Source of the DNA: Epiperipatus broadwayi
Taxonomy: Eukaryota > Animalia > Onychophora
Direction: 5' to 3'
NCBI GenBank assembly: GCA_028023455.1
Contig: JAQFVV010000001.1
Location: forward strand, 4,774,001-4,838,000
Length of the DNA: 64,000 nt
Below the pieces are notes generated by a model. The model saw nothing but the letters and a program-made list of their open reading frames with translations, had not been told where the DNA came from and ran no database searches. This document shows, one piece after another, positions 41,191-54,260 of this stretch (positions are counted from its first letter, which is position 1; each line of letters opens with the position of its first letter). A program made the translations under genes and the position numbers.

Positions 41191-43177
41191 ATATAATAGT
41201 TAATTACCATTGTATTTATTATTTTTATTGTTATTACAATAGTTTTTTAATTATCAGACATTTTATTTGTATATATATAAACCATACACTGCTCATGACA
41301 CCTTTTTTGCATTTTCGTGACAATAAAAAACATATTAACATTGTTGTTTGATTTTCTAAAATTATACTTTCTGCTAACTACATATGTTATTATAGGCAAC
41401 AATATTTAAAAAAAAAATCTTGAATTAAAATTCTTAATAATATTTTTGAAGCATGAAATAATAAACTTATTCCTGTATTCTTCCCACCTAACAGTTTTTT
41501 TTTTTTTTTTTGCAGTTTAACCTAAAAAATCTTAAGGCCTTCACTGTTATATAACAAATTTCACAGTCCAACAATTTATTTCACAGTACTTTCTCCCATC
41601 TCTTTCAAAAATTCTATAGGGATTATATAAAATCGAACAGCTTTATAATTTTTTATTTTATCAATAAACTTTATTACTTTTTTTGCCAATATGTTCATAT
41701 CTTTATCATCTACTTCAACATCTTCATTTTCAAGTTCATAATTAATTCCATCATTTGCTTTTCTAAACAGATATTGAAGATATTCTTTCCAACTTTTCAA
41801 TATGTCATCCCTATCAGTTAAACTTTTTTTTTTTTATTGGCTATTTCATTCATTAATCCAAGTAAGACTTCTATCAAATACTAGATCATAACTTTTTGCC
41901 AGTTGGAGCACTTCTATCTCTTTACATTCTTGTTCCAACTATTTTGTTTTTACTAAAACTGTTTATTTTCTTAGTTCATTATTAATTTTTCTATATGAAC
42001 TTTGCTCTTCTTTTATACTGACATTCTTCCATATTCTTCATACTTTCATTTTCCCACATATCTTTTGTTATCCATGATCATTTAATTTCTTTGATTGAAT
42101 AATTTCTATATATTTTATTTTTAATATTTCCTCTTTACTTTTACATTAATGTTTATCAGTATTCCTTATCTTTATTAATCCTCTTTATTATTTTTTCACA
42201 CATGAAAACAAACTTTTCTTTCTCCATTCCTCTCAATTTATTTAAGTTTCATCTTTTCCCTCTTTCAACTTTTTTTAAAGTTCAATTTTAATCTAGCAAT
42301 AGACATATTATTATCAGAGATTATATCACTGGCAGGTAAAGTATGTGAACTCTTAATAGTATTTGTATACCTATCCTGTATTAATATTCTATCTGATATC
42401 TTTCTCTATCATATGGAGTTTTCCATTTATAAAATCTTTTTGAATGATTTTTAAACCAAGTGGTTTCAAATTCTATATTATTCTATTTATAAAATTCCAC
42501 AATCTAACTTCTTCTTTCATTTCTTTCTCCAATATCATAATTCCTAAAGAGTTTTCATTCCATATATTTCTCCACATCAGTTTTCCTATCACCTAATAGC
42601 AATATACATGCACTTTTATTTGACTATATAATTTCGTCTATCTTTTCATATTACTCATCTATATCTTTATCATCATATAAGCTTGTATGAATACCAAAGC
42701 CTAGGACTACCATCATAAATCTATTATCAACAAAAACTATCTTTGCCACACTATTCCAAATTTTTTCCAACAGCAATATCATTTACTGCTTTATTACCAT
42801 CAGAATAAATAATTTATCTCAAATGTTTACTTCCACTTCATTTCAATTACTTTTTGAGGATTTTGAAGATTTATGACCTGAGTAGCTCCATATCTATTAT
42901 ATCAGACAAGACATCAAAATCTTTTTTATATAAAATCTCAACACTAATCTGAATCAATCTTATGTTTATATTCATAATAAAAAAGGGAATTATAAGAAAG
43001 TGCTTTTTTATTGCCTTTTTACCCAGCAATAACCTTCATTACAAGCTTTAGGCACTAGTCATTTGCCATAAAATGATTATCTGTCTATCTTTTACTTTTT
43101 GCTGTTGTCACCTATAGTAATCTTCCAACTTGGAAGAATGCTATTGTTGACCCAGCACAGTGTTGACTTATTTAATA

Positions 43178-43493
43178 TCACATGATCATTATTTCTTATG
43201 CTAGCACATTACTGTTACTAAAACAGGCAAAACTTTCCATACAGTAGTGCCACTCAGAGTAATCAATGGATGCCAGTGCTGGAGGATTGCATTAGATCCC
43301 AAGATTTAGGTGCAGTACTCTCAGATCCAAAGCTCCTCACTGATGAAGGACACAAGCCAGAAACTAATCTGGGGATGTTGGATGAGTAGGCACTAGATAG
43401 GGATTGTATGCACAAGCCTTCTGGCATCCATTGATTACTCTGGTTGGCACTGAGTGGCACTACTGTATGGAAAGTTTAGCCTGTTTTAATAAT
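43178..43493 (+). mobile_element. Family A HHR retroelement insertion with a 5' inverted arm, inside the RTE 5' UTR
   Basis: 10-bp TSD TTATTTAATA (43168-43177, 43494-43503). Antisense arm 43178-~43277, sense arm ~43278-43493. Confidence 0.9.
43334..43375 (+). ncRNA. Family A minimal type I hammerhead motif
   Basis: TCCTCA-CTGATGA-AGGA-CACAA-GCCA-GAAA-CTAA-TC-TGGGGA. 6-bp helix I and canonical core; stems II and III are partly mutated. Confidence 0.7.
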
Positions 43494-44089
43494 TTATTTA
43501 ATAGTGATTATTGAAATAGGCACAGCACTGTTCCCTTCTCATCTTGTAATTGCGAATGCTGTTTACTGTCAGCAACTTCTTATTTGCATTTACTTTGATA
43601 TTCGCAAGTAACCTTCATATATTCCCCTACCTTTAGCCTGGGACCCTCTGGGTAGCATGGGACCCATGGCCTGAAATCCAAGCCAGTCCAGATAAATTAT
43701 ATGCAGTATAATTCCAGAAATAACATTTATACAGTAATGTACCATATTTGTACAATCTCATTATATATACAACAAAATAATTGTTTTTAATATTAACGTG
43801 CAGATAAATAGAAGAAAAAAGTTTTATTTGCAAAATCAATAAGTGTAGTAAAAAAAAATAGTGTTTACATTCTTAAAAATGATTGAATAAAAATACATAT
43901 ATAATTATAAAATTTATTGTTTTGAAGAAAAAAACAACAAAACGGAAATGTTATATAAGACCTTTCACAAAAAGTAAATAAAACTCTTGTAAATACTGTA
44001 TATATATTTTAAGTTGCTTACTATTTTCTACAAATCAATAGGTGTGGCCTTCCCGAGTACCCGGATGTTAGGTGGGGCAAGTGCTCAAT

Positions 44090-44213
44090 ATGGCTGACGG
44101 TGAGAGCGATAAAGGTTATACTGTACACGGAATATGCAATGTCGGAATGGAGTTACGTATTAAAATTGAAGAATCGGGAAATTCACAACAAGAAGACGCC
44201 GAGAAAACTCATG
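44090..44213 (+). CDS. Candidate first coding exon of a host gene (MADGESDKGYTVHGICNVGMELRIKIEESGNSQQEDAEKTH, phase-1 intron)
   Basis: ATG in a locally GC- and CpG-rich patch, 41 open codons, donor-like G|GTATCT at 44214, then AT-rich sequence. Downstream exons were not identified. Confidence 0.5.
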
Positions 44214-46296
44214 GTATCTTTAGTTAGTTACTTATAATAAGTATTTTTAAATTAAGATACCGTGGTAAACAAATATGATTGGTTTCCAACAAAGCTTATT
44301 CACTTGCATTACATGAGTTAAATATATTAAGATGTAATCACGTTTGTCAACATTGACGTTTCTCTTTAAATTTTGGATGATGATATTTTAATTTTTACTT
44401 TTCCGTTTATAGATTTTAATTTCATTAAATCAGTGCTATTTTGAAGCGGTATTCTGTCAGGAATTTTTTTTTTTTTGGGGCGTATAAACAATCACTACTC
44501 TTCTGTCTGATATTAATGATGCGCGCATTATCAGTTTACTTCGCCTTGAAACTACAGCTTTCATTTATATAATTAATAAATTGGTCAGTTATTATTTTTA
44601 TCTTTAGTAATATTATATTGCTTAATTTTAGTTAAGATCGACTGACACAATCATTTAATGAAAATATGAGGATTTATCACCCCGAGATTTTTCCTGTTTT
44701 ATTGACAGAAATTAGCAAACAAAAATCTGCCACATTTGATTTAGATTGAAAATTATTTTGCGAATTAATTATTTACATGATATTTTTAAATAAATTTTTT
44801 TAAAAAGCACTCATATATTTAATAATAGCATACTATTACAACTTTTGGTATAAATAAATACTAAAAATTAATCAAAAATAAAAAAATGTGTTATGTATAT
44901 TGCAATGGCTTGCTTGATATATTGATTCATATTAGAGAGTTCAAATCCTTGGAAGTGACAATTTTTTTTTTTTTTTTTAATTCTTGCCATGCTAATTGAA
45001 AAGTTGATGATATGTTTTATTTTGGATGAAAATGCAATTACCAAACTGATTATATTATCAGTTAACTAGCATATATGATAAGGTACTTTAGGTAAATGAT
45101 TAAAGTGTTTTTCAATGTATTTAAATATGATTAAGTATATATTAGCCATTGTTGGTAAGGAGTTCATATCTTTTATTAAGCGAAACAGCTTATGTTTAGA
45201 GTTTGAGCAGAATTTCAATAAATATTTGATCAAAATGGATTTTTGATGCATTATCTTATTTGGAGATGACCTTATAGTGGATTTTTTTAAATAGTTGTTT
45301 ATCAAGGTATTAAGAATATGCTATGATGATATAGATTTATTTTTATTATAATTGTAATCATGGTCTCAATTTTAGGGAAATTTATGAATATCACATTGTT
45401 CATTCTTTATTGATTATTTTGTATTTTCGAAAAGAAAAATCTTGTTTATGAAAGATAAATATTCATTACTAATCTATTTTTTTCTCATATATATATATTG
45501 TGATGTAGAAATTCGTTTTTAATTTTACATGACTTATATGAGAATTTATTTGCAAATACAAAAAAACTCATAAACAATAGCTCACAATAGAAAGCATTTG
45601 TAAGAGTATCATTAGTGGTTAAAAAAAACTACTTGTTTAGGCTGAATATTCGTTATATATATAATGTGTACTGTGAAATCTGAACAATCAGAATGCCTTA
45701 TAAATGCAGATCTATTTTTAGATTATTGAAATTAATTCTATATTCAATTTTACTACAAAATATTAGATGAAAATAGATTTGTTAGATATGTGAATACATG
45801 TCTTGGTCACTAAGCAATTCATTGCCTTTAGTTATAAACAGTATCCTTTATATATGTTGTTTGTATATATAGATGATGCTAAAACACTTTATAATTAATG
45901 TGTATATTCAGGGTGACTACTAATTAAAAAAATTGAATACTGTATGCAAGCATTATTCTCATCTCTAGTTTATATTTGTACTCTTAGCTGCAACCAAAAT
46001 GTAGTTTCATATTTTATAAACATAATGGTTTATTAGTAATAATATTTGATATTTACATACATATACAATATTATAAATATACACACCACATAAACATTTA
46101 TTTCTAGTTATAAATATGCATACACTTCTGATTTTTATTAAATAGTAGGATGTATATATATGATATCTTACTAATAGTCATCAATAATTATCTTCATACT
46201 GACGACTACACAACAAAGAATGATGCTTAACTGAGTGATACTATTTTTTAATTAGAATGTATCGAATATCAAATTGATGTATATTATTCATTTATT

Positions 46297-46925
46297 ATAT
46301 AAATAAATAATAATTATGGTAAGGCAAAATAAGCTTAAAATAAATAAATTAATCTGCTAAACCAGGGTTTCGATACAGAGTATCTTTGTTAAAGCACGGC
46401 TGAGAGGGAGTCAGCAAAATGTATCAGCATTTCCACCTGCATATGGAGGTAATTAAAGTGGGCATTAATTTTAATGAATTTGTATGTTTGAATTCAAATT
46501 GATTGACCAGTGTTTATTAAGGGGAATGATATTAGTTCTAATGTTTATCACATTAACAAAATTGATTATGCGCCAAGAAAATGGAAAGTTATTGAAGCTT
46601 GGCACATAATCAATTCTGTTAATGTGATCTACATTAGAAACAACAGCATTCCCCTCAATAAACATTGATCGTTCAATTTGACAACATAGGTAGAGCTTCA
46701 TCAATTTGTACTTACAGCTATTATACACACAAACATGCAAATTCATTAAAATTAATGCCCAGTTTAATTATCTCTATATGCAGGTGGAAATGCTGATACA
46801 TTTTGCTAATTCTCTTTTAGTAGTGCTTTAACAAAGATACTCCATATCGAAAGCCTGGTTTAGCAGGTTAATAAATTTATTTTATGCTTATTTTGCCTTA
46901 CTGTAATTATTATTTATTTGTATAT
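46297..46925 (+). mobile_element. Penelope-like 3' end folded into a palindrome
   Basis: 46297-46578 is largely the reverse complement of 46598-46925, with one ~60-nt insertion in the right arm. The plus strand encodes PRKWKVIEAWHIINSVNV..NNSIPLNKH* (GIY-YIG C-terminal EAW.I motif). Confidence 0.8.
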
Positions 46926-49900
46926 TATATATTTCCTATGGTATTAATCTTTTCTAATTTTACATATTCATTTATTAATAAATAATTTATAAATACTTTG
47001 GTTATACTTAAATGTTGATTTCTTTACGATTATGGTAGTTTTACATACTTAATATTTGGGAAAAATTGATTTCTCCCACATTAACATTAATAATGGAAAA
47101 TTATATGTCTAAGCAATCTTTTAGTGTTATAATGGATAAATCTGGAATAAATATGTACTGGAATAAAATGGAATTTGACATTTTAAATCAAGTTGAGTTA
47201 GATAAGAAACCTAAATAATGTATCCTATTTGCAAAGAAAGGGAAAAAAAGCCAAGCTATTTTTAAAGCTCATGGGAGTCAAAATCTAATTTTTATTTCTG
47301 AGAGGTTTCTCTTCAATTTTTTTTGCATTATTTATATTAAATAAATCTCTAAAAAATGGAACTTCTTTGCATTTTTGACAATTTAAAATGCTTTATTCAG
47401 TTAATTTTCTGATAGTTTTGACCATCTAGTAGTCTTTTTCGTAACTAAAATATAATTGCATTACATTATTTTTATTTATTTATACACATGTCCAATAACT
47501 TTATTTTGATATATATAATAATAAATTAGTATAAACTAAGATACATAGATATATGTAATGTATTTATATATGTACATATACATATTAAATATTTTTGACT
47601 ATTTAAAATAGTATGTGGATATATATATATAATGTTGGTAATAAAAATAAAATATAAATATGAAATATATATATATTGTATACATATATAAATATAATAA
47701 AATAGAAAATCATATAACATTAAAATACTAGCTAAAAAAATTATACTAAAATTCTCTCATGAGCATGGTTTCATTTATTAACAAATAGATCTTCTCAAGT
47801 GAAATTCAGCTATATACAAACAACATATATATACAAAATAAAACAGCCTTCCCATAATTCACTTCAAAAACCAACCACCTTTAATGTCAATGAATGTTTT
47901 CAGGAAATTGATGGTCTCAGATTCATGAAGATTTATCAGAGTTTCTTTGATTCTTTTTTTCAATTCATTTTTTTTATAGAAGGGTAATTTCTGTATTGTT
48001 AAATAATATTTTATGACTTGTATTCACTTCATGAGTATACAAAACTGAGATATGATACCTATTTTGAACTCTCCTCTTACAAATTTTTAGCTCTTTCATT
48101 AAGACTTAATTTACTTTGACTTATATATGTTTCGCACAACTGCAAGGAATCTTATAAACTATAGCAGCAATAGATTTGCTATGAATCAACTGTTTTGAAC
48201 TAATAAATAATGAATTTAAATCAACTCCTTCTTCCAGACAACTTTCATATCACCCTATAAATGACTATTTTTATAAACCAATCTATAAATTGATGACTTA
48301 AATAATAAAGAAGTAAATTCTTTATTCTCATTAACAGTTAAAATTTTATTACTATTATGTCAATTGATATTTCTATTAAATATAATATTTCTAATAATTT
48401 CATGATTATAATCCAAATCAAAATAATCAGAAGCCGATTGCCTTCTTTGAATATAAGCATTATTTTCAAAATTATTAAACTTTCTATTCCTATAACAAAA
48501 ATTCATTAAATTTTATTGTAAGTAAAAGATTGATAACTGTCAGATCTTATCATATTTCTTAAATTTTTATGTTTAATAAAATGACTACAAAATAAAATAT
48601 TATTAACGTTATCAAAATACAACAATTTTATTTTTTATATAAATAAACAAGAAATAGTATAGTATAATAGTATTTTACAGTTTTTTAAAAGACTTCCAGA
48701 TAGTTAAAATTATTAGATAAGTGATTAAATAAAAGAATTATGAAAAGTACAAAGAGGAAGTGAATTTTTTAAAGATTTATTTAATTTTATATTTGAATAA
48801 ATGTATGTATGAAAGTGTTTGACATGTGAAAATTTAAATATTTATATATATGCCAAGGCTAATGAAGCATTTGAACTTGAAAGATAAAAAATGATTACAA
48901 AAGTGTGGCTAATGATTTTAATTAAATTTTTTTAAAAAAAGTGATAATGGTTATTCATGTCATTTGGATAATATGCAAACATGAAATCCCGTAATGAGAG
49001 CTTCATCATTTGATGATGAAGATTGCACTAGTTACAATATTTTGAGTGCATTAATGATTCATGTATATAAATTATTGGATGCTAACATTTGAGTTTAAAG
49101 GCAGATTTAGTCATAGCGCTGTCTCTAGACTATTTATTTCTTGATTTGGAGAAAATATGGTTAGAATATTTAGTTTGTTATGGTATTGCTGGTTACTCAC
49201 TTATTTACAAAATTGAATAGGATTATATGATTACAGCCATGTAGTTGAGGAAATAAATCTTTTTTTTAAAAATCTTCTTCCTACTCTATGAAATTTCTTC
49301 AAACAAAGTTTTATGGATTATTTGTTTCATATTTGACACTTATTTAAATATTACTTTATTATTTGACTTGCTTATAATGCAGTTGCAAACAAAAAATCAA
49401 TAGACAAAATCCTATATTGTTCAGTAATGGATATAATATCTATATCCAACATAATTTTGTGCAGATTATTATTAGATTGTGCTGTTCCCTCAATTTTCTG
49501 CTAATAGAATAGGTATAAACTATTTGATAAAAAAAAAAAACTGTTTGTAGTAGTCTGAGAAATTTTGAATGGGGACAAATATATTGTAACAATAGGTATA
49601 TTGCAATCACTGAGAATTTTGAGAATTCTTTAAATGTCAACTGGACAAAACTAGGAGGATGGTGGTGAAATAATGCATAAATCTGAAAATGTTTATCTTG
49701 AGCATAATGGTTAATATAAAAGTGGACAAGTGATAAAGATAATTTTTATAGATCAGATTCTATTTAATTTAAAAGATTCATATTTACTTATTTATTTTTA
49801 AAAAGGATAAAAATAGAATTTATTCAATTTTAATGCTGGTTAGAGTTAATATTCCATCTAATGTTTATTATAGCTGTGTAGTGCAGAAAGGCACTTGAAT

Positions 49901-50529
49901 ATATATTTAAATTGTGCAATATATTTTACAAATTGTTTAATTGGCATTACACATATTGTGCACATGTATGAATGAGTGGATGGAATGTAAAAATGCTGAC
50001 CATTATTATAGGATATTTATTATTGTTATAACAATAGTCATTTTAAAACATACAGTATTAACTATAACTTCTATTGTCTTTTATATATTCGTAATGTATA
50101 AATAAAAATCAACACATAATTTTTTAGAATGCATTATGTATTTGTAAATAAAAGATATAGGAACATGTTATGCATTAATGATTATTATCATATAAGCTCT
50201 TTTTCCTATATCAATTCTTCAACTAATAATCCTATTGAGATCTAGTGTGTATTAGATGTACTAATTATTATTTACATATATATGTGGCAAGAGTTGGATT
50301 GGAGTTGTGAGACTCAATTAAAGACCTTTTTTGTGAAGCTCAGATTCACAGTCATGGTTCTAAACTTTTAGAAATATAAATTAAGTTTATTATAGATTAT
50401 GTCTTTATGGTAGAATAAAAAGCAATAAAAATGTAAGTTAATGAACCAAATGGATGTAAACAATTTTTAATATAAAATTGCGAATATGTAAGTTTATAAA
50501 TGAACACCAAAATCTGTAGATTACCTTTT

Positions 50530-50963
50530 AAAAGTAATTATTATACTGCGCTTCAAATGCAGACTAGTGAAGCTATATTTTAATTATGTTTTATTCTGGC
50601 TTAGAACTTTCGGGGCATATTTGCTCCCATATTCATAGCCTGTGACATTCTCAATTTTGTGCTTTAGTTAGTGTATGCAAATTAATCAACCAGTCCATTT
50701 CTTGGAAATTGAGAAGTAGGAATCTCGTCTGTCAATGGCCTTCAGGTCGTTTGCAATGAAATATGCCTCTTTTATTTTGCATTTGGCATCGTTTTTTTCC
50801 AAGCACATGATTTCAGCATTGGTGGGTTCAAAATTGTGATTAGTTGTTTTTTGTGTTCTAGGAATACTGAACTGCCTTCATTTTTAGTGCTCGATCTGTT
50901 ATATATGTGCTGGTGTTGAGATATTCTTGTAGTGATAGTAGCCCGAGTTGCCCCAATAATTGG
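50530..50963 (-). mobile_element. Penelope-like element 3' fragment (GIY-YIG + pLTR), family C
   Basis: Minus strand: IIGATRATITTRISQH..SSVFLEH / HNFEPTNAEIMCLEKN..KIKEAYFI..AIDRRD..ISKKWTG*, with one frameshift. Confidence 0.88.
50598..50640 (-). ncRNA. Minimal type I hammerhead ribozyme with variant AUGAAUA (A3-U8) core
   Basis: GGCT-ATGAATA-T-GGGAGCA-AATA-TGCCCC-GAAA-GTTC-TA-AGCC. Perfect 4-bp helix I and a GC-rich stem II with one bulge. Confidence 0.78.
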
Positions 50964-51094
50964 TTTTAGTGATTATAAAATGTATTAAATTTAATTTTTG
51001 TTTAGAAAAAACAAAAACAAATGGAAGTATAATGCATTATTGGTAATAAATTTTTATTATTTTAATTTCTAAAAATCATTTAATAATAATTAAT

Positions 51095-51232
51095 TATATA
51101 TATTATTTATAATACTTCACTCATATACACTTTAATGCTGGACAGTCGAAACTGTAAGAAAATAAAGAAGTTTTTAAGAAAATTAATTGCATTAAAGTGT
51201 ATATGAGTGAAGTATTATAAATAATATATATA
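51095..51232. repeat. Hairpin (~45-bp near-perfect arms) enclosing an HHR-like 3' half
   Basis: TATTTATAATACTTCACTCATATACACTTTAATGC / GCATTAAAGTGTATATGAGTGAAGTATTATAAATA. The spacer starts TGGACAGTCGAAACTGTAAGAAAATAAA. Confidence 0.8.
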
Positions 51233-54029
51233 TGATTATATGAAGATATGCAAAAAAAGTGAAGGAGAAAAATAAGAGAATAATAATTAATTATAAATAA
51301 GTCATATACATTTACAGTATAGCTATGGTTACTGTTAATTGGGTTGGGTTTCTTTGTAAATAAAAGTTTTTTGATAACTTAGATTTATTTTAAAGTAATT
51401 TTTTTATATCACTCTAAAAAAATAGATATTATCATTCAATGGTACTCTCAATAGTTTTGTAGTATCAGCTGTATATTCTATATAGATGTAGTATATTAGT
51501 TTAATCACATTAAATTTTACAGATTTATAGATATTTAAAAGCTATTATCATATATTTGTATATTCTCCTGTTTAACTTTTTCAGTAAATTTTTTACAATG
51601 TTTTACAATTTATCTTTATATTTAATTCAGTTTATAGTAAACATTTTCAAAATACAACTATTATAAACAGAAGAAAATTAAAGTTATTGCAGTTCTCTAT
51701 AAAACCTTTAATGTCATGTTAAATCTGTCTGTTGCAATGTGTTGTGTATATTTGATAAAACTGGATTAATTAATCTAGCAAAGGAGTGGAGACATACTAA
51801 TTAAACTAGTTGGTAGCTCTGGCAGTAAAATTCTAAAAATAACAAGTGGATTTTTTTTGCCTGTAAAGTTTAGTACACTCAGAGTTAAATATTAAGATTG
51901 TTTCTGAATGGAATAACTTAAATAAAAAGAAAAAAGTTTGGAAGATACTCAATCTGCCACAAGGTGCTCATATATTTCATGATCTTTTGAGCAATAACCC
52001 ATATTAATAAATAAATAAATGTGCTACAAAGAGAACTAGAGATTAACTATATCAAAAGATATTAAACACATTTTATTTATTGCAATAAATTGTTTTTTAT
52101 AACATCAAGCTTAAAAATATAAAATGAAAGTTATAACAAATTACTAAAATTATTATGAAATTATATATATTTAAGTTGGCATCAAAAGTTAAATAATTTT
52201 TTTTTTTAGCAAATTCATCAATTACTTTCAAAATTTTGATGTTTCTTAATATTTCTTGATCCATATACATTAGGATGTATCATACACATTAACATTTTTT
52301 TGACATTGTAGATAGTTTTTTTAAAAAAAATTTAAAACACAGAAATATCTTTCCACGGTGAATTGGATATAAAAAAAGTAGAAAAAAAATTACTTAACTT
52401 CTGTATTTGGAAAAATGGTACAATATTTTTTAAATAAGAAGGTAGCCAGCTTCTATCTGGATTCAACCATTAACTTTTCCTGAAATCTCTATTTTTTTAT
52501 ATTCACTCAAGCGGAGGAGGCAGAGGGAATTAGGTTCATCTTTTTATCAATAGTTGCAAATAAATAAAAAAGACAATTCCCAAGTAATATTTTTTTTTAT
52601 ACCTCTAAAAAGTACCAAGATAGATTAATAGAGCATTGACATTTGTAACCATTTTAATTCTCATTGATCCTATTCCATATTTATAGTCAGTGGCTATCTA
52701 ATTTTATTTTTAAAATTTTTGTTATATATATTTAAAAATAATATTTAATGGTTTACAGTATGCTATTTATAATTGTTTTTAAGTTCATTAATAAATGTTT
52801 AATCTGTAAAGAACTTTTTTTTTTTTTAAATTGCAACCAAAAATAAATGAAATTGCAAGAAATATTTCAGTGTGAGAAAAATTATTTTTGTGTTAAAAGT
52901 ATTGAATAATTTTTGTAAAGTGTAATTAAATTGAAATTTTATCTCATTTTCAATGATATTTGTTGATGATTTAGTTTTATCAATAAAAAATGTCACAAAT
53001 ATAAATCAGGAAAACTGCTTTCAAGTCATTTGTGGGATGTCAAATACAAAATTGTATTGCAACATTGAATTCTGAGAGTAGATACATCCAAGTAGTCTTA
53101 AATTTTATTATATTTTTTAAAAGAATGTAACAATATTTAAAATAGTGTTGAGATTTTATCCTTGATTTGTTATTTCTAAGAAAAATAGATTGATAGTTGT
53201 ATTTGATTAATTATCTTTAATTAGAGAAAATTATCATTTAAAATATTAAATTATTTTTTATAATTTTTGTCTTTTTTATTTATTGTGTATAACATTTAAA
53301 CTTTTTATTTTATATTCTGCCCCTTTCAGCAAAATTCATCAGAAATTATTTGGATCATGAATGTTTTACACATAGAAGTATTACTATCAGTTGTGTATAT
53401 GAAAAATGAAAGCGCATACGGAATTTATAAAAATCAGTGTAGTCATGAAAGCACACAGGTTAGCAACTTTTGTTCTAGCCTTCTTAAACAACTTTGAAAC
53501 ACCTTTTTTATTAACTTGTTTGAGTGCAAATTCTGAAGCAAATTTAGTGCTTCTTTAACTATAACTTATTAACTGATAGTGATGGTTTATATTGTCAATA
53601 AGTTTTTTCAGTTGTAAGGTCAACTTTTAAGAAATTTTGGAGGATGGGCATTATACATTCTTAAGGCATTTTAAATTTTTTATAGATGTGTCTATGAGAA
53701 ATATTTGATTATGTAATGGAAAGTTATTCTGTAGGTTATAAATAAAAATATGATAGGATGTATCATTGAATGGCAGTACAATCTAATTTGATTACATTCC
53801 ATTTAATATATGTGCATGTTCAAACTGGTTTTAGTTGCTAAAATGGTGATCATACTTAATGACAATTAATATCAGAGAATATTATGCATTTTTTAAAAAA
53901 AACAAAGATATTTCTAATAAAGAATATTCATAAAGAAATGTTCGCTGTGAAATGATTGTCACGACAAGTTTTTTGTAATTGAGTACATAAGTCATAGATG
54001 AAACTAAACTAGATTTGTCTATTATTTTT

Positions 54030-54260
54030 TATGACTTATACGACAATGAAGAGTTTATAAGCAATGATTCATGCTAATAGAATATTTCATATCCCGATAG
54101 TCAATCAAAGAACTGATATGAGAACTTTTAAACACTTGATTTATAGTTGTTTTTTTTTCTGTCTTAGTGAGTTTCATTTATTTGGTTTGCTTAAAGGTTA
54201 TTTTGGTGGCATACATTTCACTGATAATAAGATGAAAAATTGGTATAATAAATAATTCAA
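54030..54260 (+). pseudogene. Mariner-type transposase remnant (C-terminal catalytic region)
   Basis: LYDN (LHDNA-like) and LSEFHLFGLLKGYFGGIHF..KNWY (PSDFHLF..LK..L.G..F....W-like). Confidence 0.65.

Larger units (their letters stand above)
41530..43680 (-). mobile_element. Second, older RTE copy (5' UTR, APE and linker only)
   Basis: Collinear with ~5650-7640 of copy 1: shared UTR blocks CCCAGCAATAACC, GTCACCTATAG, GGGTAGCATG(A/G)GACCCAT and KSWKEYLQYLF..IKNYKAVRFYIIPIEFLK. Interrupted by the family A insertion. Confidence 0.85.
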
